A DNA stretch of 64,000 nucleotides from Nitrospirota bacterium (GCA_963818475.1 CAWFSF010000006.1:448001-512000), one strand, 5' to 3'. Positions 8,877-19,313 are shown, numbered from the stretch's first letter. Notes: generated from the letters alone by a model not told the origin. Numbers and translations are program-made.

Positions 8877-11326
8877 GTATGCATTCCTCTCTTTGTGACT
8901 AATTGTTTTCGATTAGCTCCAACGAGATAGGCGAGAGCCAAAACAATGATCGCGCATCCGCTTATCGCGGCGCCGATCGTGAAACTGAGTGGCGTATAGA
9001 TAAATCTGACCCGGGATTTTCCTTTTTCCAGGAACACGGCTCTGAAATTATAGTCCGCCCGGTAGATATCTCGTTTTTTCCCATCCACGAGAGCAGTCCA
9101 TCCCGGGTAGTAAGTGTCGCTCAGTATCAGCAGGCCCCTCTCGGCCATATCAGCATCTATGACGACCTCGCGCGACCCATAGGAGAAGACCGAGGCTAAC
9201 GAACGGCCGGATGCCTGCGACCCCTTCAGCTCCGGCACTGGTGACGGAAGATCGGGGCCCAGAACAGCTTCAGATGCCGGCTTAAAATCAGGCCGATACA
9301 GGATGGCGAGCGCGTCCTCCTTACTGGTTGCCACTTGGGCTTTATGAACAATAAATGCACGCGGAAGCGCATTGAGGTTCTGATAAACATTGATTTCGTC
9401 CGAGTACACTTTTTCCAGAAAGGGAACCTTCAATTCCTGATCTTTCGGTACGAGAAGATATTTGACATTCATGAGGTTGGCAAGAGTGGTGTTCATGGAA
9501 TTGCCGAACATGAAAAAGGTGCCCACGCCTGTTTTCCGGGTCATCAGTTCTTCGTAGCTTTTTAGTGAGATGCCATCGTATCCGCGTACATCCTGAAGAC
9601 CGTAGGGTACCCAGGTATTCATGGCCATGACCTTGCCGATCCCATAGATGCGGTGCAGGCTTTGGTCTTTGCGTAAAAAATCAATGGCCGGCGTTGAAGG
9701 GTATACCTGATCCGGTTTGATGCCCGCCCAGAAGCCGGAAGCAAAAACAAGGAGGTCCGCTATGGTTATCAGGACGAGAAGTGTCTGGAATACCGTCTTT
9801 GTCAGATATTCTTTAGCATAGAGAAATACGGAAAGCGCTGACAGAAGTGCCCAGAGAAGAAAATGCAGCAGTTTGTTGGTAACATATACCGAGAGACCGC
9901 GGCCTGCAACAATCTCCGCAAACGCGCCATACGATATGAGAACCCACAGCAGGAGGGCGATGCCCAGGGAAACAGCGAATAACCGGCTGAACGTTCTGGT
10001 CATGCGTCGTAGATCCGCTTTGTCCGCCATAAGAAGGGAATGCGCGCCAAAGCCGGCGAGCACGGAGACCGAGAAACTGTAAATAAGGACCAGCCGATTG
10101 TTGTTCAGCTTGGCAAAGAGAGGAAGGCTCCAGATCGCATCGCCGATAAGGGGCATACGGTATACCACGGCGAGGGCGAGAATGCCGAGAAACGTAAAGA
10201 AGGCGACCCGTGCCTTACCCGCCGTGTTTCCGGTTATTGCTACGAAAGCCAGAAAAAGCGGCAAGATGCCCGCGTAACCGCTCTGCTCAAGGTAGGTCCA
10301 CATGCCCGCTGCATTACCCCAATAAGTATGCTCAGCGGGATTTCCAAAATAATCGGGGACCACATAGAGCACCAGGCCCTTGAGCGAAGTAACGAATCTG
10401 AAGAACGAATCCGGCGTGACTGAAAAGCCAGCGCCTCCTCTTGCGGCCATCAGTGAACTGAGGTTGATATATTCCCATGCGGGCAACAGCTGGATTGCGG
10501 CAACTGCGACTCCCAGGCAGACCGCTGCGCCATACAGCATTGATGCGTGAAGCGATATGCGTATATCGCGGTTTTCCCGATAGAGCATGAGAATGCGGAA
10601 GAGTGCATACAATCCCGCTGCAGCCAGGACGTGAAAGGTCGTCTCGTAATGGCCGGCCAGAAAGGAACATCCCACCGCAGCGGCCAGGGGCGCAACCGAG
10701 CGAATCGTTTGTGTTGTGAAAACCCGTTCGGAACAAAGAAGAAGGAGGGGGAGGCACAGCGCGGCAAGCACGTGGTTGTGGCCGAGCCAGCCGACCATGA
10801 ATCCGCTGAACATGAAGCTGGCCGCAGCCACAAGTGCGGCGGTGGTAGCGAGCCGTAATTCCTTCAGAAAGAGGTAGGTGAACAGGCCGGCAAAAAATAA
10901 TTTGAGATAAGCAGCCAGCCCGAATGCATACCAGACAGGCAGCATATAAAAGACCGCGTTCAGGGGGAACAAAAACCCCGTGGAATTCGCGAAAAACGGC
11001 CAGCCGCACGAAACCAGAGGATTCCACAAAGGGAATTCACCATGCCGGACCATGTCCGCGGCCTGGTGAAACCAGGGATAGAAGACGAAGGTATTGTCAA
11101 AGAGATTTTCATTGGAAGGTCCGCTGTAGCCGGCTGGAGCGATTGAGCTCCAGGGAGGCACGGTATATAGAAAATCGGCGGGCCACAGTGAATAGCCGAA
11201 AAAAAGCGCCTGACAGAGCAGAAGTGCGGGCAGAACAGCCAGGAGGGCAACAGGCCATCTGTGGTTCCCCGGTATTTCGTGCGTGATAACGCGGCCGTTG
11301 GTTTTGCTGCCGGAACCCTTGCTCAT
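8873..11326 (-). CDS. YfhO-family GT-C membrane glycosyltransferase
   Basis: GEFPLWNP..CG.P, many TM segments, GYDG, NVKYLL, ALPRAF, LILSDTYYPGWTA.VDG; start at ATG 11326 overlapping the upstream TGA. Confidence 0.85.
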   Translation of the reverse strand: MSKGSGSKTNGRVITHEIPGNHRWPVALLAVLPALLLCQALFFGYSLWPADFLYTVPPWSSIAPAGYSGPSNENLFDNTFVFYPWFHQAADMVRHGEFPLWNPLVSCGWPFFANSTGFLFPLNAVFYMLPVWYAFGLAAYLKLFFAGLFTYLFLKELRLATTAALVAAASFMFSGFMVGWLGHNHVLAALCLPLLLLCSERVFTTQTIRSVAPLAAAVGCSFLAGHYETTFHVLAAAGLYALFRILMLYRENRDIRISLHASMLYGAAVCLGVAVAAIQLLPAWEYINLSSLMAARGGAGFSVTPDSFFRFVTSLKGLVLYVVPDYFGNPAEHTYWGNAAGMWTYLEQSGYAGILPLFLAFVAITGNTAGKARVAFFTFLGILALAVVYRMPLIGDAIWSLPLFAKLNNNRLVLIYSFSVSVLAGFGAHSLLMADKADLRRMTRTFSRLFAVSLGIALLLWVLISYGAFAEIVAGRGLSVYVTNKLLHFLLWALLSALSVFLYAKEYLTKTVFQTLLVLITIADLLVFASGFWAGIKPDQVYPSTPAIDFLRKDQSLHRIYGIGKVMAMNTWVPYGLQDVRGYDGISLKSYEELMTRKTGVGTFFMFGNSMNTTLANLMNVKYLLVPKDQELKVPFLEKVYSDEINVYQNLNALPRAFIVHKAQVATSKEDALAILYRPDFKPASEAVLGPDLPSPVPELKGSQASGRSLASVFSYGSREVVIDADMAERGLLILSDTYYPGWTALVDGKKRDIYRADYNFRAVFLEKGKSRVRFIYTPLSFTIGAAISGCAIIVLALAYLVGANRKQLVTKRGMHT

Positions 11327-12729
11327 GCAGAGATCCACCGCGCCGCTCTCTTGGCCATATAATAGAAATGCTGGGGAGAGCGTACCTGTCTCAGCATATT
11401 GATGAAGATCGCCGGCCTGAGATAGAAGAACCTGAGGAACTTTCTTCTCAGCGACCGGAGCTTTTCCTCGGTCAACGTCGGCGTCACATAGGTGAGGTCG
11501 TGAAGGCTGGTATGGTGCTGTTCGGCCCATTCTTCGGCGATCTCTCCGCTTTTCACGAGTTCGTAGTAGATCGGGGTTCCAGGGAATGGTTGGAAATAGC
11601 TGATCCCCACCCGGTCAAGCGGGAGTGAGCACGCGAAGCGGATGGTCTCCATGATCTCTTCCTCGGTTTCAGAAGGAAAACCGACGATAAAAAAGCCGCC
11701 GATGTCGAATCCCGCTTCCCGGGCCATGTGCAGTTGCTTCCTGATCCCTTCAGGGGTGATGTTTTTTCTGATCAATTTCAGTATTCGTTCAGAACCGGAC
11801 TCAATGCCGAAATTTATCGCATAACATCCCGCCTTTTTCATCAGGTTCAGGAGCGGGGGGTCTATCGTGTCCAGCCGAATGCCATTGGGAAAACTCCAGG
11901 AAAAACCGAGGTTCAGCGACAACAGCCGATCGCAGAAATCCTTTACAAAGGCCGTATTGAAGGTGAAGTTGTCATCCTCGATCTGAAACTCTTTAACGCC
12001 GAATCGATCGTGTAGAAGTTTCAGCTCGTCGATCACCGAGTCCACGGACCGGGAACGGATCTTTTTCCCCGAGGCAGCAGAACCTCCGCAGAAGGTACAC
12101 GGAAACGGGCAGCCCCGTGTGACAACGATGGGCGCCATGGGGAAATTTCTGAAAAAAGCTCCATGAGGCGCTTTCGGATAAGAGTCAGGAGGCATGAGGT
12201 CCCAGGCCGGGATGCCTACACTGTCGAGATCTTCGATAAAACAGTTCGTGTTGACCTGCACGGATTCCCCGCTCCGCCAGACCATGCCTGGTATTGCGGC
12301 GAGTTTTTCAGGCGAGAGCGTTTCTGAGGCGATTGCGTCAAGCAGCTGCAGGAAGCCGATCTCGCCTTCTCCTTTGTAAGCGTAATCAAGTACAGGGCCG
12401 GCGAATTTCAGCGTGCCTTCGGGCGACATTGTCGGATGAATGCCGCCGACGATCGTGATCGTCCGGGGTCGAATTTGCTTGATCTCCAGGAGCGTGCGTT
12501 TGATCTCATGGATGTCCTTGGACCATGCCTGGAATCCCGTCACATCGTACGCTCCATCAGACACCATTTTCGCCACAGCTTTCGCATCCATGCGGTCCTT
12601 CAGCGCGTCTAGAATGGTAACGTCGTGCTTATGACGGATGCTTGAGGCAAGCCAACCCAGGGAAATTGGGGGAATGATTTCGTCCGCTACGCTCAGGGGC
12701 TTCACTAAAAGGACTTTAAGCCTTCTCAA
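11323..12729 (-). CDS. cobalamin-binding radical SAM protein #3
   Basis: PPISLGWLAS, GGIHPT, GEGE, TRGCPFPCTFC, EDDNF, GIESG, PFPGT. Confidence 0.9.
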   Translation of the reverse strand: MRRLKVLLVKPLSVADEIIPPISLGWLASSIRHKHDVTILDALKDRMDAKAVAKMVSDGAYDVTGFQAWSKDIHEIKRTLLEIKQIRPRTITIVGGIHPTMSPEGTLKFAGPVLDYAYKGEGEIGFLQLLDAIASETLSPEKLAAIPGMVWRSGESVQVNTNCFIEDLDSVGIPAWDLMPPDSYPKAPHGAFFRNFPMAPIVVTRGCPFPCTFCGGSAASGKKIRSRSVDSVIDELKLLHDRFGVKEFQIEDDNFTFNTAFVKDFCDRLLSLNLGFSWSFPNGIRLDTIDPPLLNLMKKAGCYAINFGIESGSERILKLIRKNITPEGIRKQLHMAREAGFDIGGFFIVGFPSETEEEIMETIRFACSLPLDRVGISYFQPFPGTPIYYELVKSGEIAEEWAEQHHTSLHDLTYVTPTLTEEKLRSLRRKFLRFFYLRPAIFINMLRQVRSPQHFYYMAKRAARWISA

Positions 12730-13919
12730 ACGCCACCTCCATACTGCCTGTATACGCCTTCATAACGCGATCCAATCGTGCGCCATGATAGCATCTCTTT
12801 AATGAATTTACAACCCTTTGCAACCTTCTTCGCGGCGTCCTCTTTGTTCTCTAAAACAAAGCGCATCCTGGCGGCAAGATCGTCGATATCGTTGTATCTG
12901 ACGAGATAACCGATGTCCTGCCTGCCGATGATCTCGCCGCAACCGCAGTCATCAGTCACGATGACCGGCGCCCCGCACAGCATGGCCTCGAAAGGAACCA
13001 AACCGAATATTTCATGGATCGCAGGATAGACCAGCATGTCCGCAGCGCAATAGGCAGACAGCTTGTCTTTGCCTGTCAGAAGGCCGGTGAAGAGAACCCG
13101 GTTCGAGAGGCCTTTTTCGCGTACAATGTTCTCCACCTGGGTCCTGAATCCCATATCATTGCCTGCGATGACGAGTACGGTGTCGGCTGCGTTCATCCGG
13201 TAAAAAGCCTTTACCAGAAAATCAATTCCTTTCCGCGGCGTGATCTTGCCGAGGTAGAGGACCACGTTCTTGTCCAGGATGCCGTACTTCTTTTTAAAGG
13301 CATCGGTTTTCGGAAGGTCGGTGAAGGCGTCGATATCGATACCGTTATAGGTGACATCGATTTTATCGCCTTCAATTCCCATTTCTCGATACTGGCTGAC
13401 TTCATGGTCAGAGACGGCGATGAACCGGGACGCATCTTTTAAAATGCGGTCTCCGAAAATCCTGTCGAAAATAAGCTTAGTGAAGATTCTTCGCTCGATT
13501 CTGAGGATTGTGCCATGGCCGGAGAGCAGGTAGCGCTTACCCTCTTTTTTTGCATAAAAATGGACGATATTGTTCAAAAAATTGCGGTGGCCGTGGAGAT
13601 GAACAATGTCGAAGCCCCTGATCGTTTCACGAACGGCCTTTCGCATTCCCAGCGGCAGGAAAACCTGGTAGTGATATGCGAGGCTGTTGCTGATGTTTCT
13701 GAAGTAGCGGACGGTAATGCCGTCGACCTTCGTTTCTTTGCCGCTTTGGTCGCACCGCCTGTCCTGATCGAGAACGTCTGTGGTATAAACGGTGACATCG
13801 TGCCCCATTTTCGTCAGCTCTCTCGAAAGTTCATACACGACGCGCGGTATGCCGCCGTACGCCCAGGCGGGATAGAAGTAGGGGACCACCTGCAATATTT
13901 TAAGCTTTTTGTCTGACAT
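12726..13919 (-). CDS. GT4 glycosyltransferase
   Basis: YGGIPRVV, NGID, LGKITPRKG, EIFGLVPFEAM (EX7E). Confidence 0.9.
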   Translation of the reverse strand: MSDKKLKILQVVPYFYPAWAYGGIPRVVYELSRELTKMGHDVTVYTTDVLDQDRRCDQSGKETKVDGITVRYFRNISNSLAYHYQVFLPLGMRKAVRETIRGFDIVHLHGHRNFLNNIVHFYAKKEGKRYLLSGHGTILRIERRIFTKLIFDRIFGDRILKDASRFIAVSDHEVSQYREMGIEGDKIDVTYNGIDIDAFTDLPKTDAFKKKYGILDKNVVLYLGKITPRKGIDFLVKAFYRMNAADTVLVIAGNDMGFRTQVENIVREKGLSNRVLFTGLLTGKDKLSAYCAADMLVYPAIHEIFGLVPFEAMLCGAPVIVTDDCGCGEIIGRQDIGYLVRYNDIDDLAARMRFVLENKEDAAKKVAKGCKFIKEMLSWRTIGSRYEGVYRQYGGGV

Positions 13920-14721
13920 GGCCGACTCCGATCTTTTTGAATAAGTGCCCCAGGGTGTAAACTCCAAAGATGCGCAGCATCCTCAAACCCAGGGCCACCA
14001 GGGAGTGATACACGAAAAGCCCGAAGGCCCGGAGGAAGGGTACCCCGCAGCCGATCTGAGCCCTGAACAAGTCTTTGCTGACCGAGAATTTGTTGGAATC
14101 GCTTATGCCGCCCAGCCTCATCACGGCCCATATTTCGTCGACAAAAAAAGGTGTTTCCGTCTCCGTGACGCGCAGCAAGTGTTCATAATCCATTGCATAC
14201 CGGTAGTCGAGTTTGTACGGGCCGAAGCGATCGAAGATGCTTCTTCGTATAAAGGCTGATTGATGAGGCATGATATTCCGCTTTCGCATGCTTTTTCGGG
14301 AAAAGGGCAATCCCATCACGCCTACGATCTCATCCGAGTGCTCAGGCACATAACACGTTTTGCCGTAGACGATGTTTGCCTCGGAATGTTCTGAAAATAC
14401 GCGCATCGCCCGCTCAACGACCTCATCGTTGAAATAGTAGTCCTGAGAATTCAGGAAGGCGATTATGTCGCCGGTGCAGGCGCGCAGACCCTTGTTAAAG
14501 GCGTCGGATATGCCCTTGTCCGGTTCACTTATCCAATAGTCTATTTCCTTATCGTGCGCTTTCAGGGTCTCTTGCGTGTTATCCCTGGAGCCTCCGTCGA
14601 TAACGACATATTCGATGTTGCCGTACGTCTGGCTGCGGACGTTCCGGATCGTGCTTTCCATGTACTTTCCGCTGTTCAGGCAGATGGTGATGATGCTGAC
14701 TTTGGGATCCGCGCTATTCAT
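13900..14721 (-). CDS. GT2 glycosyltransferase (WcaE/WfgS-like)
   Basis: VSIITICLNS, IDGGSRD, SEPDKGISDAFNKG, PHQSAF, MDYE. Confidence 0.9.
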   Translation of the reverse strand: MNSADPKVSIITICLNSGKYMESTIRNVRSQTYGNIEYVVIDGGSRDNTQETLKAHDKEIDYWISEPDKGISDAFNKGLRACTGDIIAFLNSQDYYFNDEVVERAMRVFSEHSEANIVYGKTCYVPEHSDEIVGVMGLPFSRKSMRKRNIMPHQSAFIRRSIFDRFGPYKLDYRYAMDYEHLLRVTETETPFFVDEIWAVMRLGGISDSNKFSVSKDLFRAQIGCGVPFLRAFGLFVYHSLVALGLRMLRIFGVYTLGHLFKKIGVGHVRQKA

Positions 14722-14803
14722 GATGGTTTCCTGACTTTCGGTGTTGAGTTCCGGTATCTATAAGTGAAACAGGGCGTCCTGTTTTTGCTGAAGATAAAGG
14801 CTA

Positions 14804-15961
14804 CTAAATCGCTTTTCTCAAGATGTCTGCAAAGGTTTCTCCAAACGATTGTATCCTCGATTGCAGCAATGAGCGTGCTTGTTCTTCCATTAATAAATCG
14901 GGTCCCGGAGCGGTCTCCTCCCAGGTCCTCATCAGTTTATCTGCGAGATCTTCGGCGTTCCCGGGGTCGAAATAGGCTCCTCCACCCGGCGCCTGTTCCC
15001 TATGAACAGGGATATCTGAGAGCAGGATCCTCTTTCCCAGGGATTTTACTTCTTCCACGGTCGTGCTCCATCCCTCGAAAAAAGAAGGATTCAGGACCGC
15101 GATCGATTGACGCATAAAAGCATAAACATGCGGCAACGGGACCAAGCCCAGGAATGCGATCTGATCTTGCAGGTTATGCTGCTGGACAATTCTTTTCAGA
15201 TCACCGAAGTGCCCGGGGTTTCTATGATCGTTTTCATTGCCGGTACATATGACAAAGACATTTTCATTCCGTTTTTTGAGAAGGTGTAAAGCTTCGAGTA
15301 CCACAATATGGTTTTTATGCTTCCAAAACTGGTTCGGCAGATAGAAAAACTTTTCCGGCAATCGGTAAGACGATATCGCATCTCGCGGATCTTTATTATA
15401 GATATCCGGCTGGATAGGAACGACAAACCTTAAAATATCCACGGGTGTCTGATAATCGGGGAAAAAGGTCTCGAAGTCTTTTCTGGCATCCTGGCTGCTT
15501 ACCACCAGTCTCTTGCTTTGCTTCGCATACTCTCTCATTAATCGCGTGCGAAATACTCGTTCCCGCTCGGTGAACATCCCGGGGAGGTGGAAGTGCTGAA
15601 AGTCCGCGATCCAGTTCACACAGGGAATGTGGAATCCCGGGCCGAACAAGCCGGCATGAAAAACCACCTTTACGTCATGGTGATCAAAGAGACGGGCCGC
15701 GATACGGTCATTGCCGGGCATTCTCCTGAGCACTTGCCGCATGATCCAGGACGGGCTCCATTCGGTGAAACTTCTTGTTGTTACGACGTCCGCAACGTAT
15801 TGACGGATAGCATCGAGCTCCGCCTGTTTGTTTTCGCCGCTAAAAAGAACAGGCTCGATAGAACCCCGGGTAACGGTCTGGAGGGCGCTCAGAATATTTT
15901 TGAGATAATGGCTTCCCCCGGTCCATCCTTTATGTCCGATCAGTGAAAAGGCAACCCTCAT
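14804..15961 (-). CDS. GT4 glycosyltransferase
   Basis: WTGG..Y, DFQH, PNQFWKHKNH, PSFFEGWSTTVEE, SDIPVHREQ. Confidence 0.88.
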   Translation of the reverse strand: MRVAFSLIGHKGWTGGSHYLKNILSALQTVTRGSIEPVLFSGENKQAELDAIRQYVADVVTTRSFTEWSPSWIMRQVLRRMPGNDRIAARLFDHHDVKVVFHAGLFGPGFHIPCVNWIADFQHFHLPGMFTERERVFRTRLMREYAKQSKRLVVSSQDARKDFETFFPDYQTPVDILRFVVPIQPDIYNKDPRDAISSYRLPEKFFYLPNQFWKHKNHIVVLEALHLLKKRNENVFVICTGNENDHRNPGHFGDLKRIVQQHNLQDQIAFLGLVPLPHVYAFMRQSIAVLNPSFFEGWSTTVEEVKSLGKRILLSDIPVHREQAPGGGAYFDPGNAEDLADKLMRTWEETAPGPDLLMEEQARSLLQSRIQSFGETFADILRKAI

Positions 15962-15962
15962 G

Positions 15963-16889
15963 TCATCCTCTGCCCGCTCGTTGATGCCATAGGACATAAT
16001 CACGCACGCCCTGTTTCCAGCCCACTGAGGGTTTCCAGCCGAGCGATTCGGCCCTTGTCGTATCAGCCCTGTAATACTTCGGATCGCCCACCTTTATTAT
16101 GCCGTTAAAGCGTATGGGCAGATGCGTTCCGTACTCATTGCTCACATATTCAAGGATGTCCCGAACCGTGATCGCTTCACCGCTTCCTCCGTTTATGATG
16201 GTGAACCGGTCAGATGTTTCGGAGAGCAGCAGTATCAACCGTGCTGCATCGAGAACGGAAAGCCAGTCCCTCGTTTCCTCCCCCGAGCCAAAGAACATGA
16301 GTTCTTTTTCATTGCGAGAGAACTTTTCGCACGCTTCCCAGAGCAGCTGCTTTTTCAGCCCTTCTCCGTACAGGGAGAAAAATCTGATTATGGATACTTT
16401 CAGGGCGAAATTGTCAGAATAGGATTTACAAAGCTCCTCGGCAATCTTTTTGTGAAAGCCATAGGGCGAAACAGGGGATAGCAATTCGTCCTCTTGCAAC
16501 GGGCGATCGTTCTTCACCCCGTATACTGCTGCACTCGAAGGGTAAACGAGCACTGCGTCCTTGTTAAAAAGGCGCACATATTCAAGTACGGCCAGCGTCG
16601 TGTTCACGGTCCGGTTAAAATCCTCCATGGGATGGGAAACGGAATAGCCTACAGATCCGGAACCGGCGCAATGAACGATGAGGTCGAATTTTCCCTGCAA
16701 CCCGACGAGCGTGTCCACCGTAATGTCTGCCTCTGTCCAGACATCGAGCCCGATCGCGTTGGCGGAGTCCTCTTCCACACTCCCATGACCGACGCCCGTC
16801 ACCACAAAGCCGTTTTGCTTCAGCTCGCGTGCGGTATTTCTGCCGAGAAATCCTGCTGCGCCTGTGATCAGGGCGGTTCTGGTTTTCAT
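15963..16889 (-). CDS. NAD-dependent epimerase/dehydratase
   Basis: ITGAAGFLG, SSAAVYG, YGFHK (YxxxK), GEETRD. Confidence 0.9.
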   Translation of the reverse strand: MKTRTALITGAAGFLGRNTARELKQNGFVVTGVGHGSVEEDSANAIGLDVWTEADITVDTLVGLQGKFDLIVHCAGSGSVGYSVSHPMEDFNRTVNTTLAVLEYVRLFNKDAVLVYPSSAAVYGVKNDRPLQEDELLSPVSPYGFHKKIAEELCKSYSDNFALKVSIIRFFSLYGEGLKKQLLWEACEKFSRNEKELMFFGSGEETRDWLSVLDAARLILLLSETSDRFTIINGGSGEAITVRDILEYVSNEYGTHLPIRFNGIIKVGDPKYYRADTTRAESLGWKPSVGWKQGVRDYVLWHQRAGRG

Positions 16890-17686
16890 GCGGGTTTCCT
16901 TCCGATAAATGAATACAGACGACCCGGAGTCTGGATAAGGGACCCCATCAGGGTCAGCAGCGTGTCAGGAAGCAGCTTCGGCCATGGCCATCTTACCCTG
17001 GCGGATATTCTTCGCTTGACGGACTCCCGGCTCTCCGGGAACAGGTTGATGTCTGACTGCAGCGGGTTGAGAACGCGCTCCACGTCGAGGCCGGCCTCCT
17101 TCATCGCATTGGTATATTCAGAAAGCAGGAATGCATGTTCACCACCGTAAAGACGGTGCAAGGGATGAGCATCAAGAAATATCTGCAGATCGTTCTTTTT
17201 GCTGATCACGTGTTCCCGCGTGGCCACGAACAGTCCCCGCGGCTTCAGAACCCTGTAGACCTCACGGCACAACGCGCGCAAATCGTGCGCGTGGTGGAGC
17301 ATCTGCCTGGCATAGACCAGGTCGAAACTATTATCCGTAAAAGGCAGCTTTTCTCCCCAATCTTCGATCACGGTAATGTCAAGGTTCGTTTCATTCGCCA
17401 GCATCCGGATGGCTCCGGCGCCTACTATGGCACTCTTATCCGGTTCGAGGGCCGTTACTCTCCAACCGTCTCGCGTCAAGGCATAAGATGAAATGCCGCG
17501 TCCCGCGCCAAGGTCTAAAGCCCTTGCGGGAGGATGGGGGAGCACATTCCTGACCGCCTGCCACTCGGTACTATGGTAATACCGATTCGCTGCTGTTGAT
17601 AAGGGGTCGTCGTAAAAACAATCTTTGACCAATTCTGCTTTGTCAGGCTGTTGCCGCAGCCAAAGCACTGCTTCTTCCCAAGTCAT
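16886..17686 (-). CDS. class I SAM-dependent methyltransferase
   Basis: ALDLGAGRG, LPFTDNSFDLV..RQMLHH, RVLKP.G. Confidence 0.88.
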   Translation of the reverse strand: MTWEEAVLWLRQQPDKAELVKDCFYDDPLSTAANRYYHSTEWQAVRNVLPHPPARALDLGAGRGISSYALTRDGWRVTALEPDKSAIVGAGAIRMLANETNLDITVIEDWGEKLPFTDNSFDLVYARQMLHHAHDLRALCREVYRVLKPRGLFVATREHVISKKNDLQIFLDAHPLHRLYGGEHAFLLSEYTNAMKEAGLDVERVLNPLQSDINLFPESRESVKRRISARVRWPWPKLLPDTLLTLMGSLIQTPGRLYSFIGRKPA

Positions 17687-17888
17687 TTTCGCCGGCCTTT
17701 ATCTGGAAAAATGTAATTCTCTGTAGCTCATTCGCAATGCCGTCTCGTTCGGCAGAGTTTGAGAAACCGTCGGTTAAAACGAGGATAATGATCATCATCA
17801 GTAACAGCAGACCGTCTGTTTGCTGCGTAAAGATTCAGCAGGGGTGGAAAAATGACGATCCGGGCATGCTTTCGAAATGAATCATCGG

Positions 17889-19313
17889 TTAAAACCGGAT
17901 TTTCCCGGCGCTGAGGCATTTGCTCAGTCTAGAGCGCGCTCTTTTGGGATCCAGAAAATTGAATATGCTGCTGAACAAAATAATGTTCTTGTTGTCCGCG
18001 GTATTTGCGGATGTATTCGCAGAAAAATTCCAGAAATGCCTATTCTTGTCAAATGGGATCCTATTTCCACTACGATTTATTTGTTTAGACCATTTGAATA
18101 ATTTCAGGAACGAATTTTCAAGCGTATAATACGGGATAGTGTCATAGTTTGCCCACGATTCATCCTGAATATGCCCTTCTTTTTTAAGCTTTTCATAGAG
18201 CAATGTTCCTGGAAGGACGTACAGGATTGAACTGCTCAAAGGGTCTGTCAAGGACAGGGAGTTCAAAAATTCTATTGTTTCACGAATTGTGGCTTCCGTT
18301 TCTCCAGCGTTGCCAACCATGATGAAAGCACTTGTCGCTAAAACGCCACTAAATTTCTTCGAAAGATCGAACGCGTTTCGTATTTGCGGCAAAGAAATTT
18401 TTTTGTTTATGCTTTTCAACATTGTTTCAGAGCCTGTTTCAATTCCCCAACCGATATGTCGACAGCCTGCTTCGACCATGTATGCTATCATCTCTTCAGA
18501 AACAGGCACGACCCTGCATGAGCACGCCCATTCCACCCTGATTCCCCTATCAATGATCTCCTTGCAGACCGCTTTGACCCGTTCAATGCCGAGATTGAAC
18601 GTATCGTCATGAAAAAAAATCTTTTTGACATTGAAGTTTGAGACCAGCATTTCCATTTCGTCGACGACTCTTTGCGGGGAGCTAATACGAACCCGCTGGC
18701 CCCAATAGCTGCTGGTCGAACAAAAGGTACATCTCACCGGACAGCCTCGTGAACCGATGAGAACGCCAATGGAGGATCGATTAATATACTCTCGCGCATA
18801 TGAATAATCCGGCATGGGAAGATCATCGAGATTTGAGATGCTTTCCTGAGGCTGCGTAACTACGACCTCGCCATTATTCTTATACGCAATTCCTCTGACC
18901 TGTTGTAAGAGCGTATTCTTTTCAAAAGCATCGCAGAGATCGCTAAAGGTTTTTTCGCCCTCGCCGATCACAACGACATCAGCATCATAATTATTAAGCG
19001 CTTGTTCATAAAGAAAAGACACATGAACTCCGCCCACCACAATCTTTACGTCTTTGTTGATGGATCGTATCAGCCGTATGCCATCTCTCACAAAACCTCT
19101 GTTAAATGATGTGCAGGTCAGTCCAACGACACGGGGAGCGAAGGAAGCCATCTCTCTTTTAATTTCCCGCACTGCATGGTGCATTTTATTGAAGTGAAAA
19201 GCTTTAACCTCATGTTTCTGTTTTAATGCGCCGACAAGATAGCCGATCCCGAGAGGGAATAGATATTCATCATATTCCTGCAATCCGGGCAAAGACAATA
19301 ACATGATTTTCAT
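17889..19313 (-). CDS. cobalamin-binding radical SAM protein #4
   Basis: FPLGIGYL, GGVHVS, GEGE, SRGCPVRCTFC, DDTF, GIETG, LPGT. Confidence 0.9.
   Translation of the reverse strand: MKIMLLSLPGLQEYDEYLFPLGIGYLVGALKQKHEVKAFHFNKMHHAVREIKREMASFAPRVVGLTCTSFNRGFVRDGIRLIRSINKDVKIVVGGVHVSFLYEQALNNYDADVVVIGEGEKTFSDLCDAFEKNTLLQQVRGIAYKNNGEVVVTQPQESISNLDDLPMPDYSYAREYINRSSIGVLIGSRGCPVRCTFCSTSSYWGQRVRISSPQRVVDEMEMLVSNFNVKKIFFHDDTFNLGIERVKAVCKEIIDRGIRVEWACSCRVVPVSEEMIAYMVEAGCRHIGWGIETGSETMLKSINKKISLPQIRNAFDLSKKFSGVLATSAFIMVGNAGETEATIRETIEFLNSLSLTDPLSSSILYVLPGTLLYEKLKKEGHIQDESWANYDTIPYYTLENSFLKLFKWSKQINRSGNRIPFDKNRHFWNFSANTSANTADNKNIILFSSIFNFLDPKRARSRLSKCLSAGKIRF

Noticed and set aside
8873-11530. 885-aa extended N-terminus of the YfhO protein
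   Set aside because: The extension overlaps the upstream radical SAM gene by ~200 nt; ATG 11326 gives a standard ATGA overlap.
17687-17888. Small ORF in the gap after radical SAM #4
   Set aside because: No RBS or recognisable motif; a hydrophobic stretch is interrupted by a stop.
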